This document shows, piece by piece, positions 8,123 to 16,748 of a stretch of 64,000 nt of DNA. The notes under the pieces were generated by a model. That model did no database searches. It was not told the origin of the DNA and saw only the letters and a program-made list of their open reading frames with translations. Position 1 is the stretch's first letter. Every line of letters starts with the position of its first letter. The translations under genes and the position numbers were made by a program. The DNA is taken from NCBI GenBank assembly GCA_038207175.1, contig JBBRAD010000016.1, positions 14,726 to 78,725 of the forward strand. Direction: 5' to 3'. Source of the stretch: Chitinophagales bacterium. Its GTDB lineage: Bacteria; Bacteroidota; Bacteroidia; Chitinophagales; Chitinophagaceae.

Positions 8123-10651
8123 TTAATTTTTCAAATCAAAATCAAGCGGGAAATCTATTTTCAGTTCAATATTCCTGCCCATATTATAAATGCCATAATG
8201 ACCATTAGGCGAAGGGTAATTCGCAGGGTCTTCAAAATACTTTAAGCGATTCAGGTGGTCCTGGTAAGCCACATTAAATAAATTATTCCCCATAATGTAA
8301 GCATTCAAAATTGTCTTGTTCTTTTTGTTAGTAAAACCTGCACCAATACCGGCATTGAACAAAGTGTAGCCCGGCGTTGGGGTTTCTGTATTATCGGTTA
8401 AATACACGCGGTTCTGGGCTGCGTAATAAGCTAATTGAACTTTTACAAAAGCATTTGCAATATGATATGTTTTAAAATTAAAATCGTACCTCAGTTCTGA
8501 AACACCGTGCGGTGGCGGAATAAAAGCAACGTACTTATTACTGTCGGATTGCAATTTCGGGTCTATATCTTTATTTACGCCGTACACAACAGAAAAAGTA
8601 TTTTCAAAATGCAATGGTTTTACCGGATGAATGTCTATGCTCAGTTCGCCACCGTACAAATTTGCTTTGCCCTGTTGAAACTTATACGTTTGGTTGCCGG
8701 CCACTATTACGGAATCACCTCCGTTTGCACCAAGTAGTTTTTCGTTGAAAATAAAATTAGAAATGGTATTGTTAAACACACTAAAATTTATGGCTGCGTA
8801 TTTAGAAGTATAAGCAAAACCTACGTCTTCCTGCAGGCTGAATTCAGGCTTGAACGCAGCGTTGCCAATTTGATAAATATTGGTTCCGGGATGTACCCCG
8901 TTTGCAGAAATCTCCGCAATATTGGGTGCGCGGTAACCTCTTGAAAGATTGGCTTTCACAGAAAACTGTTCTGTAAAATTATAAGTAGCACCTATGCTTC
9001 CCGAAAAACCCGAAAACGTATGACTGTAATCATAAAATGGATGATTTGCACCAACTGTGTCAGCACTATAAACAGGCATATCAAAACCCGAAACCGGGTT
9101 TGGTTTTGTGTAAAGCCCGGTGTTTTTAAATGAGCGGCTGTCAAACCTTATACCACCTGCCACATCGAGTTTATTAAAAGTTTTTTTAATTAAAGCGAAT
9201 GGCCCTATGTCAAATTGATGATAGGATGGGATTATAAATTCAGTACCATTTGTAACGGTGTTATCCTGGTACATGCCATTAACACCGAGGGTGAGATTCC
9301 ACCCGCTGAATTCCGGTAAATAATATTTTGCATCATAACCGGAAGTATTAAGCTGTAAAAATAACCCGGCAACATCCTGATAAGGATTTTCGGGATGGCT
9401 GAATTCCCTGCGGATACTTCTTTGAAAACTAAGGTTCAATGCCAAACGGCTCTTTCCTAATATAAAATTATTGACAAGATAAGCCCTGTAATGCTGTACA
9501 TGCTGATGCAAAGGAGTAATAGAATAAGATTTTAATTCATCAGCAGATACTATCGGTCTGTAATTATCAGCTTCTGTAATTTGCTCTGTGAACTGCCTTG
9601 TTGCAGAGTCGCGGCTGCCATCAGGTATCTCCTGCAGGTCATCAAATAAGGATAAATTTAAACGGGAATACCCCCAGGAACGGTGTAGCCCTAATAAAAT
9701 ACCTGCATCGGTTTCTTTAAATGCCGTTCCAAAAACACGCCCGTCAATTTTGTTTTGATAATTGGTAGCTTCTTTATGTGAAACCCTTGCCATCCACTCG
9801 AATCCTTTTTTTGTGGCATTTAGCATTGCAGATCCTCCAAACAGGCCATTATTGGTTTGGTATTCTGCAAGTATATCCCCTGCCATCTTTCCTTCCGGTG
9901 CAGGTGCGGCGGGTATTAAATTGACTACACCCGCCAAAGCATCTGAACCATAGGTTAAACTTGCAGGCCCTTTAATTACCTCGATATGATCAACACTATA
10001 TTGATCAACTTCAATACCATGTTCATCACCCCATTGCTGGCCCTCCTGTCTTACACCATCATACAGCGTTAATATCCTGTTGTACCCCAAACCCCTGATA
10101 AATGGTTTAGAAACATTTGGGCCGGTAGTAAGTGCATTTACACCCGGCACTTTTGCTATCGCATCAATAATATTGGTATTCAGGTTAGTGGCAATATAAT
10201 CGTGGCTGATAGCTACAACAGGAACCGGGCTTCTTTTTATTTGCGTAGCTTTTGATATTCCTGTAACAACTACCGGGCTTTCTTCAATATAGCTGTCAGT
10301 AAGTTTAAAATCTGCTTTTGTATCCCCTTTCAAAAAAATATTTTGAGTAACAGATTGATAGCTGATAAGCATTGCCTGTATTAAATAATTGCCCTGTGGC
10401 AACCTTTTAAAAATGTATTCTCCTGCTGCATTTGTTACCACGCCCAATTTTAAATCGGAGATATAAACAGTAACACTTTCCAATGGTTTGCCGGTTTTAG
10501 CATCAGTTACTACACCGCTTAAACTTACTTCAGACATATTTCTGTTAACAGGTTCCCGGGTTTTTGCAGGATTATTTTGCGCAGAAACTCTAAACACAAA
10601 ACATATTGATGCAAGAAAGAAAAAAAATGTATAAATCTTAATATTTTTCAT
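8123..10651 (-). CDS. TonB-dependent outer-membrane receptor with N-terminal carboxypeptidase-regulatory-like domain
   Basis: 842-aa ORF with a signal peptide and a CarbopepD_reg-like segment (GVVTDAKTGKPLESVTVYI). Plug-domain motifs (LTYGSDALAGVVNL) precede a long beta-barrel that ends in an aromatic-rich C-terminus. Confidence 0.85.
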   Translation of the reverse strand: MKNIKIYTFFFFLASICFVFRVSAQNNPAKTREPVNRNMSEVSLSGVVTDAKTGKPLESVTVYISDLKLGVVTNAAGEYIFKRLPQGNYLIQAMLISYQSVTQNIFLKGDTKADFKLTDSYIEESPVVVTGISKATQIKRSPVPVVAISHDYIATNLNTNIIDAIAKVPGVNALTTGPNVSKPFIRGLGYNRILTLYDGVRQEGQQWGDEHGIEVDQYSVDHIEVIKGPASLTYGSDALAGVVNLIPAAPAPEGKMAGDILAEYQTNNGLFGGSAMLNATKKGFEWMARVSHKEATNYQNKIDGRVFGTAFKETDAGILLGLHRSWGYSRLNLSLFDDLQEIPDGSRDSATRQFTEQITEADNYRPIVSADELKSYSITPLHQHVQHYRAYLVNNFILGKSRLALNLSFQRSIRREFSHPENPYQDVAGLFLQLNTSGYDAKYYLPEFSGWNLTLGVNGMYQDNTVTNGTEFIIPSYHQFDIGPFALIKKTFNKLDVAGGIRFDSRSFKNTGLYTKPNPVSGFDMPVYSADTVGANHPFYDYSHTFSGFSGSIGATYNFTEQFSVKANLSRGYRAPNIAEISANGVHPGTNIYQIGNAAFKPEFSLQEDVGFAYTSKYAAINFSVFNNTISNFIFNEKLLGANGGDSVIVAGNQTYKFQQGKANLYGGELSIDIHPVKPLHFENTFSVVYGVNKDIDPKLQSDSNKYVAFIPPPHGVSELRYDFNFKTYHIANAFVKVQLAYYAAQNRVYLTDNTETPTPGYTLFNAGIGAGFTNKKNKTILNAYIMGNNLFNVAYQDHLNRLKYFEDPANYPSPNGHYGIYNMGRNIELKIDFPLDFDLKN

Positions 10652-10836
10652 TTTTATTTTTTGTAAAGTCGGGAATAAATGAGCGGCATCTCATTAAATA
10701 TTTTCACAGGTATGATAAATGAAAATGCTATATAAAAAACTATAATTTTCTGCTAACCATTTTCAAAAAATAACAGAGTATATAAAGCATATTGCATTTA
10801 TATTACTTACATGATTACCAGGAAAACTGTTTTAAA

Positions 10837-11205
10837 CTATGCTGTACAAGGTGGGCCGCGGAATTGGGAATGAAAATGAATTGAAGGGTGTAAACTTTTG
10901 GTTAGGTTCGTTTGATGGAGATGAAAACCGGCTGGAAATAATATTTCAACAGCAATGCCATCTTCAACAAACGGGGATGTTACTACAAGATTATCAGTAT
11001 GGCAGTTGAAGCCTGCGGTATTTAATTGGGCTGTGTTTTTTGAATCCTTTGAAAGCGGGTAAAATGTGTCCTTATGATTGGCAATAAGGTCATGCAAATA
11101 TTTCTTTGGAAAAATGCCAAACGTAAAAACAAGCAGCAAAAACCCCGCACAAATTGACCGTATGGTTTGATTTTTAAACAGATAAATTTTATTACGCAGT
11201 TGCAA
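10837..11205 (-). CDS. Hypothetical small membrane-anchored protein upstream of the TonB-dependent receptor
   Basis: 122-aa ORF with one N-terminal hydrophobic helix (ICAGFLLLVFTFGIF), several His/Cys residues and a C-terminal RGPP. I could not assign a family with confidence. Confidence 0.4.
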   Translation of the reverse strand: MQLRNKIYLFKNQTIRSICAGFLLLVFTFGIFPKKYLHDLIANHKDTFYPLSKDSKNTAQLNTAGFNCHTDNLVVTSPFVEDGIAVEILFPAGFHLHQTNLTKSLHPSIHFHSQFRGPPCTA

Positions 11206-11285
11206 ACCTACACTTTTTATAAACCTACATTTATTTATACATAAATTTTTTGTAACCCTTAACTATTAATAAAGGAGGAAAATAA

Positions 11286-12425
11286 TTATTTGTCTCCGCA
11301 GTCCATTGTACAAAAACGGCTGTACATTTTTTCATAAATAGGAACGATGTTGTGAATATCAAATTGCTGCGCCTGCGCAAAGGCGCCTTCTTTAAATTGC
11401 TGAAGCAGTTTTTCATTGCTTAGTAAATCTGCAGCGTGTTTGCTCATTGTTTCAATATCGCCCACATTATCCGCATACCCCGTTTTGCCATTGATGTTTA
11501 TTTCAGGCAAACCGCCGGCATTGGTGCTTATCACCGGAACCTTTGCAGCCATGGCTTCCAACGCAGCCAAACCAAAACTTTCATATTCCGAAGGCAGTAA
11601 AAATAAATCGGAGATGAGTAAGATTTCTTCAATCTGTTCCTGCCTTCCCAAAAAACGAACATCATCATGTATATTTAATTCCTTGCAAAGGTCTTCTGTA
11701 TAAGGCCTGTCGGGCCCGTCGCCAATCATCAGCAGTTTTGCCGCCACATGCTTCCTGGTTTCAGCAAAAATTTTTATTACATCGGCCACGCGTTTCAGTT
11801 TCCTGAAGTTGGAAGCGTGCACAATTATTTTTTCGTTGTTTGGCGCAATCACCCTTCTGAAAGCATCAATCGGTTTTTTATTAAAGCGCGATACGTCCAC
11901 AAAATTGTAAATCACTTCCACTTCTTTTGTAATGGCAAAGGAGTTGTAAGTTTCTTCACGCAGGTTTTTTGATACGGCAGTTATTGCATCACTTTCATTG
12001 ATGGAAAAAGTTACCACAGGTTCATAAGTTTTATCCCTGCCCACCAGTGTAATATCTGTTCCGTGCAGCGTGGTGATCACCGGAATATTTTTTCCGCTCT
12101 TTTTTACAATCTGCTTGGCCATATACGCCGCGGATGCATGCGGGATGGCATAATGCACATGCAGTAAATCAAGGTTGTTATTCATTATCACATCCACCAT
12201 GGTGCTTGCCAGCGCCACTTCATAAGGCGGATAATCAAACAAAGGGTACGTGGGTACACGCACTTCGTGATAATAAATATTTGCATTAAAAACATTCAGC
12301 CGCACCGGTTGCTGATAAGTGATGAAGTGAACACTGTGCCCTTTATCGGCAAGCGCTTTTCCAAGTTCTGTGGCAAGTACGCCGCTTCCGCCATAAGTTG
12401 GGTAGCAGACAATCCCTATACGCAT
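11286..12425 (-). CDS. bshA: N-acetyl-alpha-D-glucosaminyl L-malate synthase (bacillithiol biosynthesis glycosyltransferase)
   Basis: The translation from MRIGIVCYPTYGGSGVLATELGKALADKGHSVHFITY is the characteristic BshA N-terminus. It has the GT4 fold with the EYESFGLAALEAMA motif. The start was moved to the internal ATG at 12425. Confidence 0.85.
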   Translation of the reverse strand: MRIGIVCYPTYGGSGVLATELGKALADKGHSVHFITYQQPVRLNVFNANIYYHEVRVPTYPLFDYPPYEVALASTMVDVIMNNNLDLLHVHYAIPHASAAYMAKQIVKKSGKNIPVITTLHGTDITLVGRDKTYEPVVTFSINESDAITAVSKNLREETYNSFAITKEVEVIYNFVDVSRFNKKPIDAFRRVIAPNNEKIIVHASNFRKLKRVADVIKIFAETRKHVAAKLLMIGDGPDRPYTEDLCKELNIHDDVRFLGRQEQIEEILLISDLFLLPSEYESFGLAALEAMAAKVPVISTNAGGLPEININGKTGYADNVGDIETMSKHAADLLSNEKLLQQFKEGAFAQAQQFDIHNIVPIYEKMYSRFCTMDCGDK

Positions 12426-12707
12426 CGTTTTTTTATTTCGGCAAAGTAACAATCATTTCTTCATTCAGTTATACCATTCATACTTTCGAAATAAGAAGAA
12501 ACATTTAATTAACCCTGAGGATAAGAATACTGTTTTGATACCAGCCGTAGTTTTTATAGCCCGCCCGAACGTACCGGTTATAATTTTTATTTTATGATAC
12601 CAACGTCCGGTACGGGCGGCCATTGTCCCTTGCGTCGCAGGCACTTCATCATTCTGTTTATTACTGAGCAGAATAATTTCGTAACTCTGCAATCGAAAAT
12701 TATCATC

Positions 12708-14102
12708 ATGAGAAAAATTATATTCCTCGCTTTCCTGTTTCCATGCGCTGCATTTGCACAAAACAATTATCAACCCGGCATGGATGATTCCACATTCATC
12801 AAAATGATCTCAGACAATATGCTTACAAGCAAAGCAGCTTACAACAACCTGTATTACCTCACCAAAAAAATTGGTGGCAGGCTTGCGGGTTCACCGCAGT
12901 TTGCAATGGCCGAAAAATGGGGCGCACAGGCCATGAAAGATGCAGGCGCAGATAATTTGATACTGCAGGAATGCATGATACCGCATTGGGTGCGCGGCGG
13001 AAAAGATAAAGCCACGGCTTTTTATACAGATGATAAAGGGAAACCGCAATCACTTTCTTTAAATATACTGGCATTGGGTAACTCACTCGGCAGCGGGCCG
13101 CAGGGAGTAAAAGCACCACTGCTGCGCGTAAATTCTTTTGACGACCTGTATGCGCATAAAGATGAAGTAAAAGGAAAAATTGTTTTTTACAATGTTCCCT
13201 TTGAAGAAACATTTGTGCAAACCTTCCAGGCCTATGCAAAAAATGTGGTGTACCGCGTAGCAGGGGCAAGCCGTGCCGCTAAGTTTGGCGCAGCGGGGGT
13301 AATTGTAAGATCCATGACACATGCCATGGACAATAACCCGCATACCGGTGCAATGAATTATAACGATAGTTTTCCAAAAATACCGGCTGCTGCAGTGGGC
13401 ATACAGGATGTGGCGCGGCTTGATTCATTGATAGACGCAGGAAAATCAATGCAGGTGCAGTTATTTACTTATGGTAAAATGCTGCCCGATACTACGGGCC
13501 ATAATATTATCGGTGAATTAATTGGCACAGAACACCCTGAAGAAATTATTACCGTGGGCGGCCATTTGGATAGCTGGGACGTAAATGAAGGGGCGCATGA
13601 TGACGGTGCAGGCGTTATTCAAACCATTGAAGTGCTGCGTGCTTTTAAGGCATTGGGTTACCACCCAAAACATACCATACGGTTTGTTTTATTTGCCAAT
13701 GAGGAAAACGGTACACGCGGCGCAAAAAAATATGCTGATGAAGCAAAAGCAAAAAATGAAAAACATATTTTCGCATTAGAAACGGATGCAGGCGGTTTTA
13801 CGCCCAGGGGTTTTGGTTTTACCGTTCCTGCTGCAAGCTGGCAGAAATTAAATGCCTGGAAAAAATTATTTGAACCTTATGGCGGCAGTGAATTTACTGA
13901 TGGCGGCGATGGCGCTGATATTGGATATTTACAAAGGGCTTTTAATACACCCACTGCGGGGCTGCAGCCGGATACACAGCGCTACTTTGATGTGCACCAT
14001 GCAGCAGGCGATGTATTTGAAGCAGTGAACATACGCGAACTGAAACTGGGCGCTGTAAATATGGCTGCACTGCTGTACCTTGTAGATAAATACGGGCTTT
14101 AA
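12708..14102 (+). CDS. M28 family zinc aminopeptidase (secreted)
   Basis: Signal peptide MRKIIFLAFLFPCAAFAQ. M28 metal-ligand motifs are present: GGHLDSWD, AHDDGAG, FANEENG and HHAAGD. The start was set at the ATG at 12708. Confidence 0.8.
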   Translation: MRKIIFLAFLFPCAAFAQNNYQPGMDDSTFIKMISDNMLTSKAAYNNLYYLTKKIGGRLAGSPQFAMAEKWGAQAMKDAGADNLILQECMIPHWVRGGKDKATAFYTDDKGKPQSLSLNILALGNSLGSGPQGVKAPLLRVNSFDDLYAHKDEVKGKIVFYNVPFEETFVQTFQAYAKNVVYRVAGASRAAKFGAAGVIVRSMTHAMDNNPHTGAMNYNDSFPKIPAAAVGIQDVARLDSLIDAGKSMQVQLFTYGKMLPDTTGHNIIGELIGTEHPEEIITVGGHLDSWDVNEGAHDDGAGVIQTIEVLRAFKALGYHPKHTIRFVLFANEENGTRGAKKYADEAKAKNEKHIFALETDAGGFTPRGFGFTVPAASWQKLNAWKKLFEPYGGSEFTDGGDGADIGYLQRAFNTPTAGLQPDTQRYFDVHHAAGDVFEAVNIRELKLGAVNMAALLYLVDKYGL

Positions 14103-14108
14103 TTTTTT

Positions 14109-14477
14109 ATGAAAAAATACCTCACCATATTTACAATTGTTCTTGTGGCTGTTTTTGGCATCTGGTTTTACTGGCATTTTTATTATACTTACAGCGATGG
14201 GAACCGCAGCGGGCTGTTGCAGAAGTTTTCGTACCGGGGAGAGGTTTTTAAAACTTATGAAGGTGAACTGGTGATGAACAGTTTGGTTGTAAACGGAACG
14301 GCGCCGCTTTCGTCAGAGAAATTTTATTTTTCAGTGCAGGATAAAACGCTTGGCGAAAAAATGAAAGACTATGAAGGGCAGCGTGTGGTGCTTCATTATA
14401 TTCAGAAAAACGCCTCTTTGTTCTGGCGCGGCGACAGTGAATATATTGTGGACAGTGTAAGATTAGTGGGGCCGTAA
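14109..14477 (+). CDS. Hypothetical small membrane protein
   Basis: 122-aa ORF starting 7 nt after the M28 stop, with a single N-terminal TM helix (LTIFTIVLVAVFGIWFYW). Codon usage resembles that of its neighbours. Confidence 0.55.
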   Translation: MKKYLTIFTIVLVAVFGIWFYWHFYYTYSDGNRSGLLQKFSYRGEVFKTYEGELVMNSLVVNGTAPLSSEKFYFSVQDKTLGEKMKDYEGQRVVLHYIQKNASLFWRGDSEYIVDSVRLVGP

Positions 14478-14613
14478 AACAATGGATGTTCTTACGCATC
14501 TTTCTGTACTCACAAAAATGAAAAGGCTGTAATGCATTGCATAGAATGCTTCTCCCGTTAGCATCAGGATCGCACAGAATGCAAACGAAATAGCTTTTTG
14601 CATTTATGATTAA

Positions 14614-14811
14614 TGTATGCCGGAAAAAACATATTGTACGGTGCAAGTTTGATGGTGTACGGTTGTTTTTGATAGTGTACGTTGGAAAAAACATGGTGTA
14701 CGAAGACAACCTGACAGTGTATGTTGGTTTTTTGATATTGTACGTTTGAAAAATGATAGCACACGCTTTTAGTTTGAAGATGTACGCAGGGTTTTTAATG
14801 GTTTATGTATG
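14614..14811. repeat. Tandem array of ~10 units of 21 bp with a TGTACG/TGTATG core, organised as 3 x 63-bp higher-order repeats
   Basis: Core hexamers start at 14614, 14635, 14656, 14676, 14697, 14718, 14739, 14760 (degenerate CACACG), 14781 and 14806. The units cycle through A-tract, mixed and T-tract classes three times. Confidence 0.8.
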
Positions 14812-14825
14812 GAAATTGCAGATTT

Positions 14826-14912
14826 AGACTGCTTCGTGCCCCGCAGTGACGGGCGCACGTCTTTGCGATCCCGATAGCTATCGGGAGAAGCAGTCTGTGA
14901 TCATAAAATTAA
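14826..14912. repeat. REP/MITE-like composite palindromic element (copy 1)
   Basis: A 10-bp outer stem AGACTGCTTC/GAAGCAGTCT encloses two hairpins: GTGCCCCG..CGGGCGCAC and the perfect 18-bp palindrome TCCCGATAGCTATCGGGA. The tail TCTGTGATCATAAAATTAA is shared with 43156..43200. Confidence 0.7.
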
Positions 14913-14996
14913 ACCAGCTATTTTTTGCTGTTCTTGGCACCCCCGCCAGTAAAAGGATGGCAGTTAAATTCTGATATTTATTTTATAATTACGCTT

Positions 14997-15033
14997 CGGT
15001 TTTGTTGGTCAGGCGACCAACAACGGCGGTAGC
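14997..15033 (+). repeat. Hairpin repeat TTGTTGGTC-RGGC-GACCAACAACGGCGG (copy A, just upstream of the amidohydrolase start)
   Basis: A 9-bp perfect stem. The copy is nearly identical (about 32 of 34 nt) to copy B at 16649..16684 and is in the same orientation. Confidence 0.75.
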
Positions 15034-15058
15034 CCGGTGAAAAATAAAAACTTACAAT

Positions 15059-16507
15059 ATGAAAATAAATTTGCGAATAAAAAGAGAAACAAATTTGTTT
15101 CTCTTTTTTGTAATGGCAAATATGTTTGCCATTACAAGCCATGCACAGCAATTTACTTCTGTTGTAAAACAATTCATCGTTGTAAATGCAGACACGGTTG
15201 CGCTTACACATGCAAAGCTGATTGATGGCACGGGCAGCCCTTCAAAAACTGATCAGACGATTATCATCATTAAAGGCCGCATTGCGAATGTTGGTAATGC
15301 CGGAAGCATTGCTGTTCCTGCATCAGCGAGGGTTATTGACTGCGCGGGTAAAACAATTATTCCCGGCATGGTGATGATGCATGAGCATATGTTTTATGGT
15401 GAACTGGTGCCGCCAAATTATCTTGGGCTGGAGATGCCATTGTCATTTCCAAAATTATATCTCGCAGGAGGAGCTACTACCATAAGAACCGCAGGTGCGC
15501 TGGAACCGCAAACTGATTTGAATATAAAAAAATGGATTGATGAAGGGAAAATGGCCGGGCCTGATATGGATGTTACCGGCCCTTATATTGAAAGGGAAAT
15601 GTTGCCCATTCCTGAAATACATTTTATAAAAAGCCCTGAAGAAGCAAAACAGGATGTTGATTACTGGATATCGAAGGGATGCACTTCATTTAAAGTTTAT
15701 ATGGATATAACAAAAGAAGACCTGAAAGAAGTGATAACCGTTGCACACAAAAACAATTTGAAAGTAACGGGCCACTTATGTTCTGTAACATATCATGAAG
15801 CTGCGGAATTAGGTATTGATAATTTAGAACATGGGTTTATTCCAAGCAGTGATTTTGTAAAAGATAAAAAAAAGAATGTATGCGCTTCAGGGGCAGTAAT
15901 ACCGTCTTTAAAAAACCTTGATGTAAACAGTGATGCAATGAAAGACCTGATGAAATTTTTAATAGAAAAAAAAGTAACACTTACTTCCACGTTGCCTGTA
16001 TTTGAAACTTATACAGGACGCGAAGTAATTCCGGGTGGCGGTGAAAATGCATTGGCGCCGCAAATAATGGAAGCTGCTGAAAATAATTACCGGCAGAAGG
16101 TTGGAAAGGATTCTTCAGACGCTGCATTATTTAAAAAAGAAATGGCATGGGAAAAGATGTTTGTTGATATGGGTGGCAGATTAATGGCAGGTGTTGACCC
16201 TACAGGTGCAGGCCGTACCATTCCCGGTTATGCAGACAGGCATGTGCTGGAATTGTTGGTGGAAGCGGGTTTTACGCTTCCGCAAGCTGTACAAATATGT
16301 AGTCTTAATGCTGCGGAATATCTTAACCGCGGGAATGAAATTGGTTCCATTGCGATTGGGAAAAAAGCCGATCTTGTTTTGATAAACGGCGATCCTGAAA
16401 GAGAAATCAGGGATGTAAGGAATACTGAAATCGTTTTTAAAAATGGTGTAGGTTATGATTCAAAAAAATTGTTTGAATCCGCAAACGGAAAGGTTGGGCT
16501 TTATTGA
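15059..16507 (+). CDS. Amidohydrolase-family metal-dependent hydrolase (secreted/periplasmic)
   Basis: 482-aa ORF with an N-terminal hydrophobic signal-like segment. It has the HxH metal motif (MMHEHM), a TIM-barrel amidohydrolase pattern and a C-terminal ADLVLINGDP motif. The exact start is uncertain; MANMFAI is an alternative. Confidence 0.8.
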   Translation: MKINLRIKRETNLFLFFVMANMFAITSHAQQFTSVVKQFIVVNADTVALTHAKLIDGTGSPSKTDQTIIIIKGRIANVGNAGSIAVPASARVIDCAGKTIIPGMVMMHEHMFYGELVPPNYLGLEMPLSFPKLYLAGGATTIRTAGALEPQTDLNIKKWIDEGKMAGPDMDVTGPYIEREMLPIPEIHFIKSPEEAKQDVDYWISKGCTSFKVYMDITKEDLKEVITVAHKNNLKVTGHLCSVTYHEAAELGIDNLEHGFIPSSDFVKDKKKNVCASGAVIPSLKNLDVNSDAMKDLMKFLIEKKVTLTSTLPVFETYTGREVIPGGGENALAPQIMEAAENNYRQKVGKDSSDAALFKKEMAWEKMFVDMGGRLMAGVDPTGAGRTIPGYADRHVLELLVEAGFTLPQAVQICSLNAAEYLNRGNEIGSIAIGKKADLVLINGDPEREIRDVRNTEIVFKNGVGYDSKKLFESANGKVGLY

Positions 16508-16648
16508 AAATAAAAATGGGGTATTAAAAATTTTAAAAACGATGAGTGAAGAAGAAAAAAATAAAGAATCAGGAAAAGAAGGCATATTGAATAATGAATT
16601 AAGAGATGAGAATATTATTGCTGCTGGCGTTCCCGCCAACATGTACAA

Positions 16649-16684
16649 GGTTTTTGTTGGTCGGGCGACCAACAACGGCGGGAG
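16649..16684 (+). repeat. Hairpin repeat TTGTTGGTC-GGGC-GACCAACAACGGCGG (copy B, downstream of the amidohydrolase)
   Basis: Same element and orientation as 14997..15033. It lies in the convergent intergenic region and may also act as a terminator hairpin. Confidence 0.75.
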
Positions 16685-16748
16685 TAAAAGTAAACTCAGA
16701 TTACTTTTCCCCACAGCATTCAAGATCGAATGTGACGGCAAACGCAAA

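Noticed and set aside
12465-12773. A 102-aa minus-strand ORF and the long 5' extension of the M28 peptidase ORF (12594..12707) in the bshA / M28 divergent region.
   Set aside because: The peptidase has a clean signal peptide starting at the ATG at 12708. The extension and the antisense ORF cover what is more plausibly the divergent promoter region.
14248-14764. Minus-strand ORFs 14248..14709 (153 aa) and 14564..14764 (66 aa) with heptad-like periodicity.
   Set aside because: The periodicity is a direct consequence of translating the 21-bp DNA repeat. The longer ORF also runs antisense through the 14109..14477 gene. The composition is Cys/His/Phe-rich and not protein-like.
14614-14811. The tandem array as a possible CRISPR locus.
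   Set aside because: The units are only 21 bp with no unique spacers between conserved repeats. There is no palindromic CRISPR-type repeat and no cas genes anywhere in the window.
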